Assembly (NCBI RefSeq): GCF_009834535.1
Contig: NC_045696.1
Coordinates: 103,976,001-104,040,000 of the forward strand
Direction of reading: 5' to 3'
DNA length: 64,000 nt
Origin: Camelus ferus
Lineage: Eukaryota
The notes beneath the pieces are model-generated. The model was not told the origin of the DNA. It worked only from the letters and a program-made list of their open reading frames with translations, and made no database searches. This document shows, one piece after another, positions 62,721 through 64,000 of this stretch. Both the position numbers and the translations under genes were made by a program. How positions within the stretch are numbered: position 1 is the first letter of the stretch; each line of letters begins with the position of its first letter.

Positions 62721-63639
62721 AGGAAGGGCGCGGACTGCAGGGCCAGGCAGACCCGGGCCGTCCACCCGGCCTGCGTGGCCGCGGATGCCTGTGGCATCTG
62801 CTCTGGGCCTGTTTTTGTTTCCTGTGACTATTGTGAGAGCTTAAGAAGGTAACGTGTAAAGTGCTCAGAATGGGGTATCAGATGTAGTGGATACTCTTTG
62901 AAAGGTCGCTATTATTATCAATTTTTTAAATTTTAAAATTATTTTAACTATTGAATAGGACCACTTTGTCCTCCAGTCAGAGGCCCAATGGCACTGGCCA
63001 CACCCCAGCTCCCCATCTGGTCCTCCCTCCCTAATACAGCTGCCTGCAGATCCCCGACCCACCTCTCCTCATCTAACAGAGGGGAGGCCTGTCTCCCTCC
63101 TGAGTGGGAGACAAGCAGAGAGTCAAAGTGAGGAGGTCTTTGGAGATGTTCCCAAGAAAGCATCAAGACTTCGGGAAAAGTGAGTCTTTGAAGAGATATA
63201 TAGGCGGCCTTGGAAACTGTCTTGTTTAAAAGCCCTTTCCATGGGCCCAGGACAGTATCATTGATGCTCTTCCCCTTCTCAGGGTAGGTAAGAGCAGCGA
63301 CCGACAGCGGTAGAGATGGATGAATCCACATGATGGGCCCAGGGGCCAACAAAGGCCCTGGCCTGACTTCAGGGATGGTTAGGGCAGAGGGTCACTGGGT
63401 CACGCAGGAGCTGGGAGCTAGTGATGGAGAAACCCCATGCAGGGTGAGTGGTCTGGCCTGGTTCCAGCCACCAACACAGACTTTCAAGAAAGAATGGGAC
63501 AAAAAGAAATGGTATTTCAAGGTGATGAACCTGGAAGCCATGTACCAAAGACACCAGACTGAAGACGGGGGTACTCAGAGACAGGAAGAACCCCAGGACA
63601 CTGATGCAGCTGACTAAGAGGGAGGGGAGTAGACGATGG

Positions 63640-63930
63640 GCCTGTTCCAACCATGGGGCACTCCATGCATAAGAACCACAAATTTTTCAAGGGCTTTGAA
63701 AAATGTTTGAGACTTGGGGCTAATTTATGGGTTCAAAAGCTACTGAAATAAAGTTGCAAAATTAAAATTAACACATGTTTACTTAAACTGTCTACCAAAA
63801 AACAAAAAAGCATTGTGTCAAGAAGTCAAGTGCAACTCAACACAACTCAACTGACAGTTACACCTCCATTATATTTAATGTAGGATGTTGTACATTTTAA
63901 CAGGTTTGTTACGATGTTACCAAGTGTGTA
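63640..63930 (+). mobile_element. Possible hAT (Tip100-like) DNA transposon remnant
   Basis: AT-rich block starting gggcctgttccaacc...aagggctttgaaaaatgttt. The resemblance is weak. Confidence 0.3.
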
Positions 63931-64000
63931 GGCAGCACAAGCTGGAAAAGAGATAATACAGAGTATGGAATTAGAATCCCAAATGGTCTCCATACTCTGG

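Noticed and set aside
1..64000. Prokaryote-style novel system (operon, CRISPR, defence island)
   Set aside because: The sequence is clearly mammalian, repeat-rich and non-coding, with no gene-dense ORFs or repeat-spacer arrays.

Overview
Mammalian non-coding DNA (intergenic or deep intronic), most likely from a camelid. That inference rests on a TSD-flanked tRNA-derived SINE of the camelid vic-1 type (43013-43144), cetartiodactyl-type L1 3' tails, and no Alu, Bov-A/BovB or PRE-1 elements that I could recognise. I can support no protein-coding exon, functional RNA gene or prokaryote-type system; the ORF track is explained by chance ORFs and decayed L1/L2. Much of the window is fossil repeats: L1, L2, MIR, MaLR/ERV LTRs and MER DNA transposons. 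Family names come from recalled consensus similarity, not a search, and most boundaries are approximate. The most notable structures are two candidate L1 3' transductions (one apparently ending at a captured MaLR poly(A) site), an L1 nested in an L1, an inverted endonuclease fragment at an L1 deletion junction, an intact solo ERV LTR with a 4-bp TSD, several strong CTCF motifs, and repeat-free motif-dense blocks that look like enhancers (e.g. ~19940-20375, ~51940-52290). I found no convincing novel biological system.
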